A stretch of 45,703 bases of DNA from Seison nebaliae (lineage: Eukaryota). Position 1 is the stretch's first letter, and each line of letters begins with the position of its first letter. Shown here one piece after another: positions 23,501 to 37,552 of this stretch. The stretch spans positions 1-45,703 of the forward strand of contig JALJEE010001028.1 of assembly GCA_023231475.1 (NCBI GenBank), given 5' to 3'. The notes under the pieces were generated by a model, which worked only from the letters and a program-made list of their open reading frames with translations, was not told the DNA's origin and did no database searches. A program made the position numbers and the translations under genes.

Positions 23501-26500
23501 GAAGTTGAACATCACAATTAATTTTCTCAAAATTAGATATAACATGATTCGTTAATTAGGTAAATACTCAGAAATGAAGAAAACCGAATTCTACACGAAG
23601 AAAAATTTTAGAACTTACCGATGGATTTGGTAGTTCCTGTACCATCTCTACTTCATTTCTTATCTTTTTCATCTTATGCTAATAATTTCGGAGTATATTG
23701 AAATTAAGTGACTCCTATTAATATTAGAGTCGATCTGTTGTATAATTAAAAAATGTCGAAGGAAGGATCAAAAAAATCATTATTGATTTTTCACTTTTCT
23801 ATTTCTCGTCAAATATTTTACTTCCATTTTCCATATGAGATCATTCCCTTCTTTTTCGGTTGGCATGTCTCGAGTCATTTTAAGGAAAACGATTACATTG
23901 TTCTAATGATGAGGAGAATTTACATGATATCTATCTTGCACTCGAGATAATAAGGAATTTGCATTATTCTCTCATTTGAACCGAATAATACGATTGCTTA
24001 TGTGTGTCGTGTAGGTAACTATAGTAATTTCTTAGAATTCAGTAAGTCTTATGGCGACTCCGATAAAGTACATACACATTGTCCTCGCAAATTATGCATC
24101 GGCTTGTTATTATTGGAATTCATTTCTTTCCCATATTTTCTCCCCGAGATTTTAATTGGAAGAACAAAAAGGAACTTTTCTTTACATTGTTCTTTCTACG
24201 TCAGTGAGAGACGTAGATTTTGAGTGGACTATATATTACATGTGTTACATGAAAGAGTAGGAAAAGATGGTTTATACGATTTGATGTATATTTGAAAAAA
24301 GAAAGAATTATTTCAAATAACTTTCTCGAGTGGAAGCAATAGAAAAGATTGTGGCAACTAACTTCAACGTCTTCTTCGGTGAACGAGCCAACATCATACC
24401 TTCGATAAAACTCGACGACACCTAGAATACGTAATGGAATGTAATATTGGAGAAGTGATGATGATAGATGACTTTATAGTTGCCTTCACAAAAGATGAAA
24501 AAAATAATGGAAAATTTATTAAACCGATCAATTCGCCAAAGTTGCCGAGTAATGGAAAAGCCATTACACTCTTAGCGATGTTGTTGTTTATGTACATTCC
24601 TTTTGAATGTTCTTCATTATCAATATATTGGTGAATATCATGAGTGAGGAAATGCTTCAACTTTCTTCCTACCCAACAACAAACGAAATTGTCATTATCG
24701 ATGGAAATGTATTCGGAAGATTTATCATCTTTCGATTCCATACTAGTATGATTATCGCGTGAGTTGAATAGTTGATTAGCTGAATAATGTGTCTCACAAA
24801 TTGATGAATTTCTTTGATGTGAATTCGTCTCGTTCACTGTCGTCTTCGAATCTGTCGATTCCACTCTACATCCCGGAAAGATGGGCGATGAGACGATATA
24901 CGATGATGGTGATGGTGTTCGTTGATTACTGTCAAGTGAATGGTCATCATTATATGGTAGAATCGGTGTAGTCTCATATTCAGGACGATAATGTAATAGA
25001 AATTTATTATCAATCGTCTTCCGTTGATTGTCAAATTCGTCACAATACGAATTCGATCCACTTTTATCCACACATAAATAAAGATTGAAACCATTAGCAT
25101 TTAAAGTTGTGGAAATATTCTGATTTACTTCGAACAAGAAAACAGCACTACTCGTATAAGACGATTGAATTTGATCAGCAATTCCCCGAAACATATCTCG
25201 TTGGAATTGATTCTGTTTACTCAGGAAATCCATCGAATCATTCCAGTCATTCTTTTTCTTTTCATTCTTTTTCAAATTTCCTAAAGTTACCAGTTTCTTA
25301 GTTTCTTCTTCGTCTAGTGATACATGTGGATTATCGTGATTTTGATGAAGTGTTTTTATATCAGCATGATCGGGGGGACATTGATTTGTATTAAGCTTAT
25401 GAAAACGTCCATCGGGAGGTATCCGATTTTGAATTGGATCATTCCTTTTTTCATAATGTTGGAGATATTGGCAGATTGTGGTCGAATTTATATTTTGTAC
25501 TATGATATCAGCTAAATGACTTTTTGATATTTTTTGAAGACGAGTTAATAATTGTTTGCTGATATTGTCACCGGAAGTAAGTTCATCGGAATTTTCTTCA
25601 TTATTAATCTTATTATCATCACTTTCCATCGTCATTTGTAGATCTTTAAAAGAAAAAAATTTAATTAATGAATTTAATGTTTAAAAAAGGTTTTGGTTGT
25701 ATTTTGAAATTTCCTATCAGATATTAATTTGAATTATTTAATAGAATCTCAAAAAACGGTTTAATGAATGAATGAAAATGAATTAGTTTCAGACACTATT
25801 GCGCCCTGGTGGCATTTCATGTTCAATTATTTGTGAATTAACATGAATCTTATTGTTTACCAGTTTACTTTTTACCGATAATTATCGATTGAGAAAATAA
25901 GGAGAGGAATTTATTTGAAAAATTGAATAATGAACATAACTGAATTTGACGTGGAAGGATTATTTGGGTAATAATAATTAAATCAATAAATGAAAATTCG
26001 ATTCCGTGATAAATAGACAAGCTCAAAAACATTATTTCTCCTATACAATTTAAGAGGATTTATGACGAAAACAGATCGATATTCAATTGCTGAACAACAA
26101 TTCCATTTGACTGATTCCACTGATAAATAGAACTGGTATTGAACAGGCAACATATAAGTGGCTGCAGTGTAAGATTTCTTCCTATAGAGCGATATGTTAA
26201 TCGTTTCATAATATTGTTCTAATAATTTAGATGGAAATTATACATCATGTTGAGACTCATATATACAATATTTTCGGACGTACATATACAATACCTACAG
26301 ATTATTACTCACACAATGGCACACTTTTGTTATGATTGGGATGTAAGAGGACCGCATCCACAAATACTTCATTCACCATTTACCTAGACAACGTGAGATC
26401 TTCTCATTCATTCATACACAAACGAACACACGCGTTGCGCTTCCATAACATCTTCTACATTAAACAAATCAACAATATTTTTTCTTCTCCTGGAAATATC

Positions 26501-29500
26501 TCCAAATTACACACGGAAACCATCAGTCTAATCAGAATGAGTTGAATTTAATTCATAAATTTTATCGTACTCCCATCACAAGATGTAATTTGATTGACAC
26601 CACATTCATACACATACGTGCTCCATATCACCGAATATAACAATTAGAGAAGTTCATTCTATATACAGAACAGTAAGATTAGTTGATTGACGAAGAGGAG
26701 GAGTCGGAATACACAGGACAAGTTCGAACGACAAAGAACTTCTTGTGTAATCTGTGTAAAGTTATTGGACATGTAGATGGATTCATTTTTTATTTAACTG
26801 ACGTACTCAAATATAGAGGTTACATCCATTCAAATTAGTTTAGGAGAATGATCGTACATACACCGTTCGAGACAAACCGACGCCTAAAGCACAAGAAGAA
26901 TGTACGGGTATAAATAATGAACGAATTTCGTTGATTATATATATTTATTAAGGTAAAAGAATGCTATTTACAATAACAATATCATTCAATAATAATACTA
27001 AATAATTTCGGGGGAGAAATTGTCGATTAGTCCTACTTGGGACTCTCACCAACATATTTACTTATATATTCACTTCAAATAGAGCGAGATACATAGAAGG
27101 AGATAGAAGACAATATAAGAAATGTGCATGAAAGTGTAGGAAGATGAGAGAATCCTAGTACATTAATGGTGACATCTGCAACCACTACTATGGCCTCATT
27201 ATATAATAAATGGAGTGCCGATGGATATGGATGACGTATGTAATTTTCAATTCAAAAATCTTTATTGCCACTGATCTTTAGTTACTTACGTAAACTGAAG
27301 TCTTCCTACACAACTGGAAAAGAGACGTGAAATGAAAGAATAACACTTCATAACTTTTCCTCCCCATAACTAAATATATTCCTTCGTCAGATATGAATAA
27401 ATTACTTCAACAAATAATATTGTTGGGAAAAGAAAATATGAAAGACTGTTTCTCTCATTGATTCCTTCCCAACTATCTACACCACGTTCCAATCAGAAGT
27501 CGAATGAATTGATATTGACATTATGGGAATTCTTTTAAGGAAAATAATCAGCAAGAATAATCAGAAGATCGAAATGTAAGAAAACATAAAGATTGAAAGT
27601 CGAATTTGGAAACCTTTCACATTAGAGCATAGCTTGATCGGGATTAATTTCCGCTTTTTGGCCAAACAGCTTGGACTTAATGTCGTATCGTTCATAATTT
27701 TGTCATCATAATTCGTACAATCTTCATAAGTGGTTTCCATATATTTCTTCTTATTATCGTTGTCAACCTTTTTCACACGACTTCCCATTCCTTCACCGTT
27801 CCCACTCTTCTTCTTCTTCTTCGTGTGCATTCGTAAATCGACTTTCTGGAGTTCAGTGTAAAAGAAACAAAGAAAGTATTTCAATGATAATTTATGAAAA
27901 GAAAATACGAAAGTTAATAAAAATAATCTAATATGACTAAAAAAATAATAGTTTAACAACACAAATATTCTTTTCTACCTAACTTATAGTACATATATGT
28001 TTGTAATAATCATTTTATGTTACAATTCTTTTTAAAGTAACGATTACGGATCTCCTATTCAACTTTCCTCTTTATATTCAATTTCTTTTTCGATACATCC
28101 AATTTTACTTTTACCAAACTCAAATTACATTTATTAGTAATTTGAGATCTCTACCGTAAGAAGGAAGGAGAAGAAGAGTAAACTGAAATGTTTTGTACTT
28201 GAAATTTAGATTGTTCTTCATTTATAATTTGAGAATCTAACAATTTGAGAGTTGTAAGTAAATTCCACTTTGATTTATGAAGTCATTCTTGTGAAACGGC
28301 CATTATGAAGCACAATGTTATAACATCAATTAACAATTTTGAACTTCTCAATTTCACCGATTAATGGTTATACTAATATACATAAGTTTTATTGATGAGT
28401 TATCTGAATGAATAATAGGAATGAAAATTTTGACCAATTGTACAAGTTAGAACATATTTTGAAACATATTCTAACATATTTTTAGTTTTTACACTTATAT
28501 TAAAAATATCGAACACAACATTAGAGTAGTGATAGCAAACGTAAAATTATTGAACTTAAAACATTCTTCAACCATTTGCACTCACTAACATACGAAGAAG
28601 TTTCACCGAAGAACTCTTCCTCTCACTTACGTCATAGGTACTATGAATGCTCAAAATATGATCAATGAACATTGTAAACAGATGATACGAGAACTAACTT
28701 GAGGAAGAATTAAAAATAAATTAATTTCGGACAATGAACGCAGACTTTTATTTGTGCACCAGATGTGCACAAAAAATTGAAATATCTATTCACCTCTCTC
28801 AAAGGATGGGAGGGAAGATGGATGATCTGTTGGACGATAAAGAAGAGTATTCCAGCAAATATTGAAATGAAAGCGAAGTAGATTATGATTTAGTTTGGGG
28901 AACAATTCTCTTTTATACCTTTTCCTCGATAATTTATATTCAACGTCTCAATTCATTTGGGAGGAGATGAACGAGCGAAATTGTTTATTGTTTAGTAATA
29001 TTGTTCTAATATACTTCAATTCTTCCACCTTTGCCAAGATGTTTGTGAGAATTCTTTTCTATTACATAATTTAGTTTCTCTATTATTTGTGAAAGTTGCG
29101 ATATATTGTTTTCACAATATAATGTAATTTGTTATTTTTAGCGGGGGGAAACCTTCGTAATGTTTATTCTCCTTCAATTACCTTCAACTGCCGAATAATT
29201 CGTCACGCAAATAATAGGATACTTTTAAGCAGAATTATTAAATTCAAATTTCTTTTATGATAAATATTGAATCATTACCTAAATCAGACCAAATAACTAA
29301 ACTTCCATTCTCTCCAACCCCTTCTAATTATTTTGTATTTATTCATTACTAGTTTTACCAAAATATTTCTCATATCTTTTTTTCTATGTTTATTTTCCAT
29401 AATATTTTTCCGTTTGAAGAATAAACGAATTATTCGAGTGTAATGATTTGACAAATATTGATTCTAATCATTTAAATCAATGGAAGAAATTGGAAAGAAG

Positions 29501-32500
29501 TGTTTTGAGCATAATTGATTAAATGATTTCAATATTCAGTCAACTGTCATAAAATTGGAGAATTTGATTCTCATATTTATGAATTGGTAAAGGAAGAAAA
29601 TTACATGATGTAATTTACATTATTTGTCTATTTTCAATTTTGGGTAAAAGAAGAATAATTTATGACATAAGAAATCATAAATGAAAATGAAGGAAAAATG
29701 AAGGAGATGAAAGATGGGAAATATTGTTGGAGATGAATATCCAATAAAATTAGATCGCGCAATTCACATATCTTTCTTTTTATCTACTTTCCTACATGTA
29801 TAAATGATGTAGTATTAAGAATGTTTATGTGAAAAAGAAAATAAGTTTCGTATCTATGTTATTATTATCATACTCAACTATCAGAATTTCTGGATGAAAA
29901 ACAATAAGTTTTTGTGTGTAAATCCTCCATCATCATTTGGAATTATTACAGAACATCGCCTTTCTATCTCATCCTCCCACCCAAAACAACGAGGAAAACA
30001 ACAGAATAAACTTTCTTATTTATTTAGCGAGAGGAAATTTGAGATTTGACCTTGGAGTAACTTAAGATCTAAAGCAATCTTATTTTCTTGTTGTTCGACG
30101 AGTAGTTCTCAACTAATTCTTCTTTACTGTCCGATTGCCCCACCACCACTATACACACAGTCACTCAAACAGGTTTTTTCGACAAACAAACAAGACAACA
30201 ATTGGGGAATTGGAGGCAACTAACTTTATTAGAGAAAATGGTGAGTAATCCTCCTTTCGTATCTGAAGCAATCTCATCATTCGAAATGAGCATTGGATGG
30301 TCTTGTTTGCTCTCCTTCTTATTACTCCTTTCCCCCACATCCATAAGCTGACGCATATCAATTAAATTGTGGAGTGAATTCTTTGTTGTTTTGGCAGTGT
30401 GCTTATCTATTTGCTTTTCTGCTTGGGAGAAAGGAAATCATCAGTTAAGAGTATAAGATGATGCAGAACAATTTTATGGAGGTGAGTACCTTTTTTATAA
30501 TTTTAAAATGATTCCTGTCTATTATGCATGAAATGCGATAAGTTTGAGGAAAAACAATTTATATGAATATAATATTGTTTAAAGAAAATAATGATAGTAT
30601 GATATTTTTCATGCTTTGATCAATAATATTGACACATAATCTTGAAGAAGAGGGGAGAGAATGTTTTCCTTCAATTTTATCAATAAATTATTATTTGAAT
30701 AAATTATTATTTTTTGCATCTAGTTGAGTTGTTTGTCGAGAGAGTAATGTGTATCGATATCATGAAATTTGTATTTACAATACTTACAAATTATATCGAA
30801 TATATCTAGCATGTCTAACTGATAAATTTTATAGAAAATAAAAACAAATAAATGGATGAAAACATCGTCTTCATCATGACCATGATCATCTGCAGAAGGA
30901 TTAGAGAGGAAATAATCAAAAAGGAAATCAATATTCATAGTTCCGTTTTGACTTCATTTGTTTTTCGTCGAAAATGAAGTGTAGTGAAAAGATGAACTAT
31001 GCCATTCCTCATAAATTTATTCACATAAAAATTCCAATTAGACGGAATTTCGACGGAAGATCGATAGGACTAAACCATCATTTCCATTAAAAGGAAAAAG
31101 AATTTTTCAAAAACCCATCAAAAATTGTTGATGGAAATTATTGGTCTTGATAGAAATTGTTAATATTCCCATAACTCTTGTTATTGATATCGATCATGAT
31201 AATCCATCAAATGGTTTTCTTATTAACTTAAATGAAAATGAAATATAATTTATATATAAAAATTCAAGTATCAGTCAGACGGATGGAAATTTTGTCCGTT
31301 TTTTCTATTTTTCTCAATTACTAATAGTTATAGATTATAATTTTCCGATAAATAATTTTTTTCTTACATTTAACGAATGATTAGATAGAAACCGAAAAAA
31401 ACAATTTTTCCTTATTAGATTCACTTCATAAATAATCACTTAATATACTTATTCGTCCTACCAACAAAAAAGTTGCTACTTCTTTAAGCAATTATCTTTC
31501 ATCAGTAGAAAGTAAAATAGAACTTTCGATTTTTTGATAAACAGGTCCCCTTCGACAAGATGCACCGGCTGCTCCTGAACTGCTTCCGTTGGTGGTGGTG
31601 AGTTGGTAGAAACGATATCGTAGTTTCTGTAATCGTCGTCGTTGATGTGATAGATAATCATTTCGACTCGTTGATTTATTGAAAGATGAAAATTGTTCAT
31701 GAGATCGACTGCGATTGGTGAAGGAGAAAATGTTGGTGGATGATTGGAGTGTTTTCTTCGTTTGGTCGAATTTGCATTGACTATAAGAAGTTAAATGAGG
31801 TAAATTTGTGGGAATATCGTCAATGACGAGTTTGTTGGAGAATGTATCGCTGAACAAGTTGTTGGGTATCTGTAATGGATAAATATTGGACTCATTCTTA
31901 TATCTCTTGCAATTAGTGAGAATGGATTGAGAAACATACATTTTCATTGTAGGTAATTTTGATGGTGACGAGATGATTGAAGATGTGGAAATGGAGGATG
32001 TGGAAGAGTTGCGATGAACAATTAATAAGTTGGCAAGAGGCGTCTTTTCTGAATATGGATGAGAGAAAGAATTTGAAGTAGTAATCGTTGTTGTTGTTGT
32101 TGTGAGGGATGACGTTTGTGAAATGATAACAATGGTCGTTGTCGGATGGAATGAGAAAGATAGGTTAATATTAGATGATGATACTAAATTATTTTGGTTG
32201 GAAGGCGATTGAGCGGGTAATTGATCTTTTGTCGCATAGATGCAACAATCATTTAGCTGTTGATCCAACGATTCTTTCGAATAGCATTGCCTCCAATGCG
32301 TATGATAACATTTGCATTTGTTATCGCTAATATCTTCTAATAATTGTTTGGTCATAGTGGAATGGAGAATGCATCTCGATGCGCAATCGCGATTATAACA
32401 GAAGAGTAAATAATTCGCATACACCTGACAATCAATCGAACTAATCAATCCGCAATAGTGACGTGCAAGATTCTCGGAAAGACTTTCAAGTGAAATGAAT

Positions 32501-32613
32501 GACCTTTCTCCCAACTCTCCATCGTACGAATTATAACGATGATGCTTCTTATACGAAAGTAGAAATGCAACTAGTGAATCTGTCTTGCTCCGTTTCCCAT
32601 TCTTTCGTTTCAT
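20574..32613 (-). CDS. PDE10A: cAMP/cGMP phosphodiesterase 10A (GAF-A, GAF-B, catalytic) with a long N-terminal extension
   Basis: Catalytic motifs [64 protein letters not shown]...ADRASLF...FNREVD. Phase-compatible exons: 32613-31524, 30889-30864, 30347-30225, 27845-27614, 25643-24525, 24421-24363, 22627-22517, 22469-22157, then two more to the stop at 20574. Core 20574-25643 is solid; the four upstream exons are inferred. Confidence 0.85.
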
Positions 32614-35371
32614 CTTCAAGTGAATTGTTCCTCTAATAAAACTATTTCGTTCCGTATTGTGTGTAAATTGCGTAGCGAATCCAATATTAGCGAGCAAACA
32701 TCGTGATTAACTTCCCATACATTCTCTACTCTTGTTTTCATTAAAACTAATATTATCAGTTTCTCTTCCTTCTCACTTGCTCTTAATTGAAATTTATCTT
32801 CAATATTCTCCTTCCAATCTTCCTCCTCTTCTACTAATACGTATTGTATTGTATTGTCTTCACCAAATACCCAAACCAAACTGACTAATACGTATAATAT
32901 TAGACAGTTGCTTAATTCGACGCGAGATAATTTGAATATTGTGGAACGTTATCGGTTGTATCATCACCCAAAACTTTACTTTTCGTTTCGCTTTAAAATT
33001 TATATGAGATCTCTCATTTAATTGCTCTCTTCTCCTTTCATCATTTTCATTGTTTCTTCGTCATAATCTTCTTACATTCAATATCATTCGACCATCATAT
33101 CGTCTCTTCTACCTCTTCTTCTTCTTCTTCCAGAAATAATGTTTGAAACCGTATTATTTCACTTAATTAATTTCCATCTTTCTGGTTAATATGATGGTTG
33201 CGATCTCCGTTCTTCTCCTCTTCTTCTTCTTTTTTTCTTCTTCGTCTTAATAGAAAATTATCAGTTAATCAATTTACTATCCATGTTCTGCTTCAAAAAA
33301 GAAAAAATTCGAGTGATGACATGAATTGACTAAACATTTGATGATTTTTAAACGTCAGGGAGATAAATCTGGCTGAATGATGAAGGATTAAGATAATCAC
33401 AATAAACAACAATAAATTGAGGAATTTTTATTCAGACGAATATTTTGCTCAACAATCGTTTCAGAAACAGAACAAATTAAATTTTTTGTTTCGTGAATTT
33501 TTCAAAGTTTCTTTCATAAAAGTGAAATTGTAGGGATGAAAGAGAGTCATCCATCGTAATTTACATATTTATTGGAATAGAAGGAAAAGGATGAATAATA
33601 ATGATAATAATGAAGATTAACGAAATTAATAATTGTAAGAGTAAACATGTCTGAGAAAGAAGTAAATTATGATTGTTATCATTACCATTGTGCATGTAGT
33701 CTGCATGACACAAAAAACGGAGATCTGGCACTGGACGGAAAGTTTATTAGTCGTTCATCAACTTACTTTCTTTCCATTCATCAATTCCTTGTCTCTATAC
33801 TTCTTTCTTTCAACAATGACATCTTCATTCCGACAATGGATATGGCTTGTATTAGCAAATGTCAACTATAATAGAAAAGAATGGAAGGAAATAACTGAAC
33901 TATGTTTAATGGTTCTCTCATGTTCCTCTCCTGTTCCTCTTGCACGTAGACAACAGAGCATAATAACGAATATAATTCGGAATTAAGTGAATATACTAAT
34001 TAATTCCGTTCATGTATCTTCCCCAGTGCACAGCCCTAACAACATAATTTCATCCTCCAACTACACCACAATCCATTATGGGAACAATGACATTGGGAAA
34101 GTGTTTTTTTTAATTCTCATCACATCAACCTATCGATTACTTAACGTAAACAGAAAGAAGGAAAACATTATTGATGCGCTCGTCAGCATTGGTGGAATTG
34201 AACGACATTGTCATCTGACATACTCCCCTCCGAACTCAAAATTGAACAAAGAAATTCTTTTTGTCCTCGGAAAGTTAAAGTTATGAGTATTGTATAATTG
34301 TGCAGTGGTGCAAAGAAGTCGGATTTAGTATGGAGAATTGGCGAGCTTCATCTCAACTAGTTGGGCATATAATATGATTTTCGAAATGAGTGATTTACAT
34401 TAAAACCGAATTAAATGATAATTATATCATCATTTGCTGATGATGTGAATTGTTGCTACGTTCGCTCTATCACCGGACACATCATTGTGTCATCATTGGA
34501 AAGAATAATTATGGAACGAAAGTCATAAATTACAACAACAATAATTGACAACATTTATTAATTCTAATCGAATGAACAATCCAATTCATTCTTACCATTC
34601 TTCAATTATTTACTTCTGATTTACTTGAAATAATAATCATAAGAATAAGAATAATCTCCATCAAATGTTCATTGTTGAGAAGATCAGTGTACGTGAGAAC
34701 ACTCCTCAGACTGTTGTTAGGAGAGAGGAAGCATCACAATTCGTTACTTAATACTTCCTTTTCATTCAATATCAAATTATTTGATAATAATATATTAATT
34801 ACACAATTTGAGATGTAGGAGAAGTGTTCCCGATTCTTCTCCACGATTTCGCATAAACATAAATTTAATAAAACAAAAATAAAATTTCTACTTTTTTCTT
34901 CTTTAAAATGTTTTCTTCTATTTCAATGTGATTTGATAGCAATAAATTTCTTATCCGCTTCTACGTACTCCTCTCCGTCACATACACAGCGGTTCTTTCT
35001 CATGTAATTGTTGATGAATCATTTGCACAAGAATTTCCTAACATTCACCTCCTTTACACAAAATAAGCATCTGCTATCATTATTATAAATGGAGGAGAAA
35101 TGTTAAATAGCATTAACTATCTCCATTATCAAATTTGGTAAATGATATAATTTCTTCACTTTAATAATTCTCTTCTGAAATCAAATTTGAAGAATGGAAG
35201 AAAAATGAGGAAGCGAAAAGGAAAGATAGAATTCGTCAGAATATAATTAAAAGAAATTCGAAATGTTTTCAGATATTCAGTTCCACTCTAGACCATTATG
35301 TACAATAATAACTATTTCTTTCAACAATTTTCTTCCAACATAACATAACTAGATTTTATGTTATTCAATTA

Positions 35372-35750
35372 TAGTCTAGGTGATTTGGTAGACGAACCAT
35401 TTGGTAGACGGGACTATTTGGTAGACCGACAATTGGGTAGACGGAGATTTGGTAGACGGAGATTTGGTAGACCGACCATTTGGTAGATATTTTCTTATTA
35501 CACATTTAAATTGCTCCAAAATTTTGGATCATTGGAAAAATTGTTTGTTATTCCTGTTAATATTATATAATTAATTAAAATTAAAATTTAACTTTAACCG
35601 TATTTTTAATGAGCATAATCCTTTTGAATGATCCAAAATTTTGGAGAAATTTAAATGTGAAATAAGAAAATATCTACATGTATTTCCCATACGGAGTCTA
35701 CCAAATGGTCGGTCTACCAAATAGTCCCGTCTACCAAATGTCGTTTTCCC
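35372..35750. mobile_element. Non-autonomous foldback/MULE-like element with tandem ATTTGGTAGAC subrepeats in inverted arms
   Basis: The left arm (35383-35533) has 7 units and the right arm (35627-35740) has 3 units in reverse, plus a shared ~50-nt inverted block. Flanked by direct ATTCAATTA at 35363-35371 and 35751-35759. Confidence 0.8.
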
Positions 35751-35999
35751 ATTCAATTAACTCATTTATGTGTGTGTGTCATTTGTTTGGAGAAGACGAA
35801 TGAATTCTTTTCCTTCCAATAACAAATCGTTTATCAATTCAATCAGAAATGGGAGAAAATAAAGATAATTTTAAATTGAAATGTCTTTGGACATATTGAA
35901 AATCCATTTCTTTGTTTTTAAACCAAATTTTTCCTCACCACAATAAATTCGGAGAAAAAATCATAAATTCGTTTCAATAAATCCATTTCGACTGATATT

Positions 36000-37523
36000 A
36001 TGTGGCCCACCGTCAAGAATGAAGGCATTGAAAACACATTTAAACTGTACAGAACCAAATGGATGAAATACCAAATAAGTCGACTCAACTTAATTCTAAG
36101 ACCCAGATTCTTCAAAGGCCGAACATCTAATCCATCGATACCAGTCGATTCTGAAGTGAAACTTTATCTGAAAGAAATCTTTTTAGGTTCCATTTCCATT
36201 TTCCTTCCCCGTTATTTATTGATAGAATTAGATAGGAAATTAATCGAGAAGACATTTCCGAAAAATCCGTTCAATTATTTAGACAATGAAAGTAAACGTT
36301 TTTCAATCATGACTTTGAACAAGAACCCAAATCAACAGACTACTCATATTCCACATCATGAGAATCAGATCTGTTTAATTTGTTGTGGTAAGATTAATTT
36401 GGATAATAGTCAACTGACTCCGACTAGTACTCAAACCATTTCTTCTCAACTATATCCGATTTTAGAACGATTTAATTTATTATCTGAATGGTCAGTCTTC
36501 AATTCACCCTCATCATTTCTATCGTTTCTCTCTTAGCAATTGTATAGAAATAGTGAATTATTTAATTAATTTCATATATCCGTTTTACCGAAATAGTCCT
36601 CAATCATCATCAATCACCAATTTCACCCTTCGAGGTTCTCTCCAACTTAGTTTCGAAAATAAATGAATATCTTAAAAAGAGTATCCTCAGATGTTGAATT
36701 CGACAAAAATCGATGGGAATCTCAGTCGAAAAACTTCGGATTCTTCTATCGAATATTTACAATACAACCATCTAAAACGAATTGTTTCTCTTTTAATATT
36801 CTCCAATTTAGAATTAATTAATGTCAAATAATAATAAATGTTAGGCTAAAAGGAAAACAACCGATAATACTCATAAGATTAGGAAGATTCTAACGAAATG
36901 TTATGGGGAATATGATAAGAAGAATAAGAGAACTACCTTAAACTTTTTAGACGATTATGCCAAATATTATCAGAATTCAGCTATTTCACATCAATTTCAT
37001 ACCCATCCGTATGGAGACGAACCTCATCATCCATTAGGTCCCTGCTGGTATGAAGGTCTACTAGATAAGAGAAATAGTAAGAAAAATCGAACGAGTTCAG
37101 TCACAGCAATACCTCGTCATATTAGGAAAAATTTACGAGTTAACTAATTTGTTCGCTTTTTGATAGTTTCCTTCACTTCAATTTTAGAAAGTTAGACAAG
37201 TAAGAAATAGTTGTGATTTTAATCGAGGTATCGGTTTGTTGGATCCCCCGAAAATTAATGTGAACCTTTTGAATCAAGTGACCCAGTTGCTTGTTCTTCA
37301 ACAACTCAAACTCCCGTTCGCACAACAATTGCTGGTTTGTAATATTTTGATAAATTAATTGATTGATACCAAATAATTTATTGAACTTTTAAAGACTAAT
37401 CAGATAAATTCGAGACAAAATCCACCGCCTAAGGAACCAGCAGTACCTGAACCACCACAAATAAAGGATGTGGACTTCGACACGTTATTAGATTCATATA
37501 ATAAGAATAATATGAATCGATAG
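36000..37523 (+). CDS. Uncharacterised (orphan-like) protein, 6 exons, ~420 aa
   Basis: A long first ORF continues through five phase-consistent short introns (first 36491-36536 GTC..AG, the others GTT..AG) to ...DFDTLLDSYNKNNMNR-stop. No family recognised. Confidence 0.65.
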
Positions 37524-37552
37524 TATCCAATTAACATCTCATCGATATATTG

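Noticed and set aside
25800..25814. GCGCCCTGGTGGCA as a CTCF site
   Set aside because: It is two bases short of the CCASYAGRKGGCRS spacing and cannot be supported.
30457..30488. Plus-strand ATG...GAG|GTGAGT first-exon candidate (MMQNNFME)
   Set aside because: No convincing downstream plus-strand exon was identified; it lies in an inferred PDE10A intron.
33647..34286. Three small plus-strand ORFs
   Set aside because: No motifs and no consistent splice chain; probably non-coding region upstream of PDE10A.
35383..35490. ATTTGGTAGAC repeats as a CRISPR array
   Set aside because: Spacers are only 4-6 nt and recur, an inverted copy exists, and the context is eukaryotic with no cas genes.
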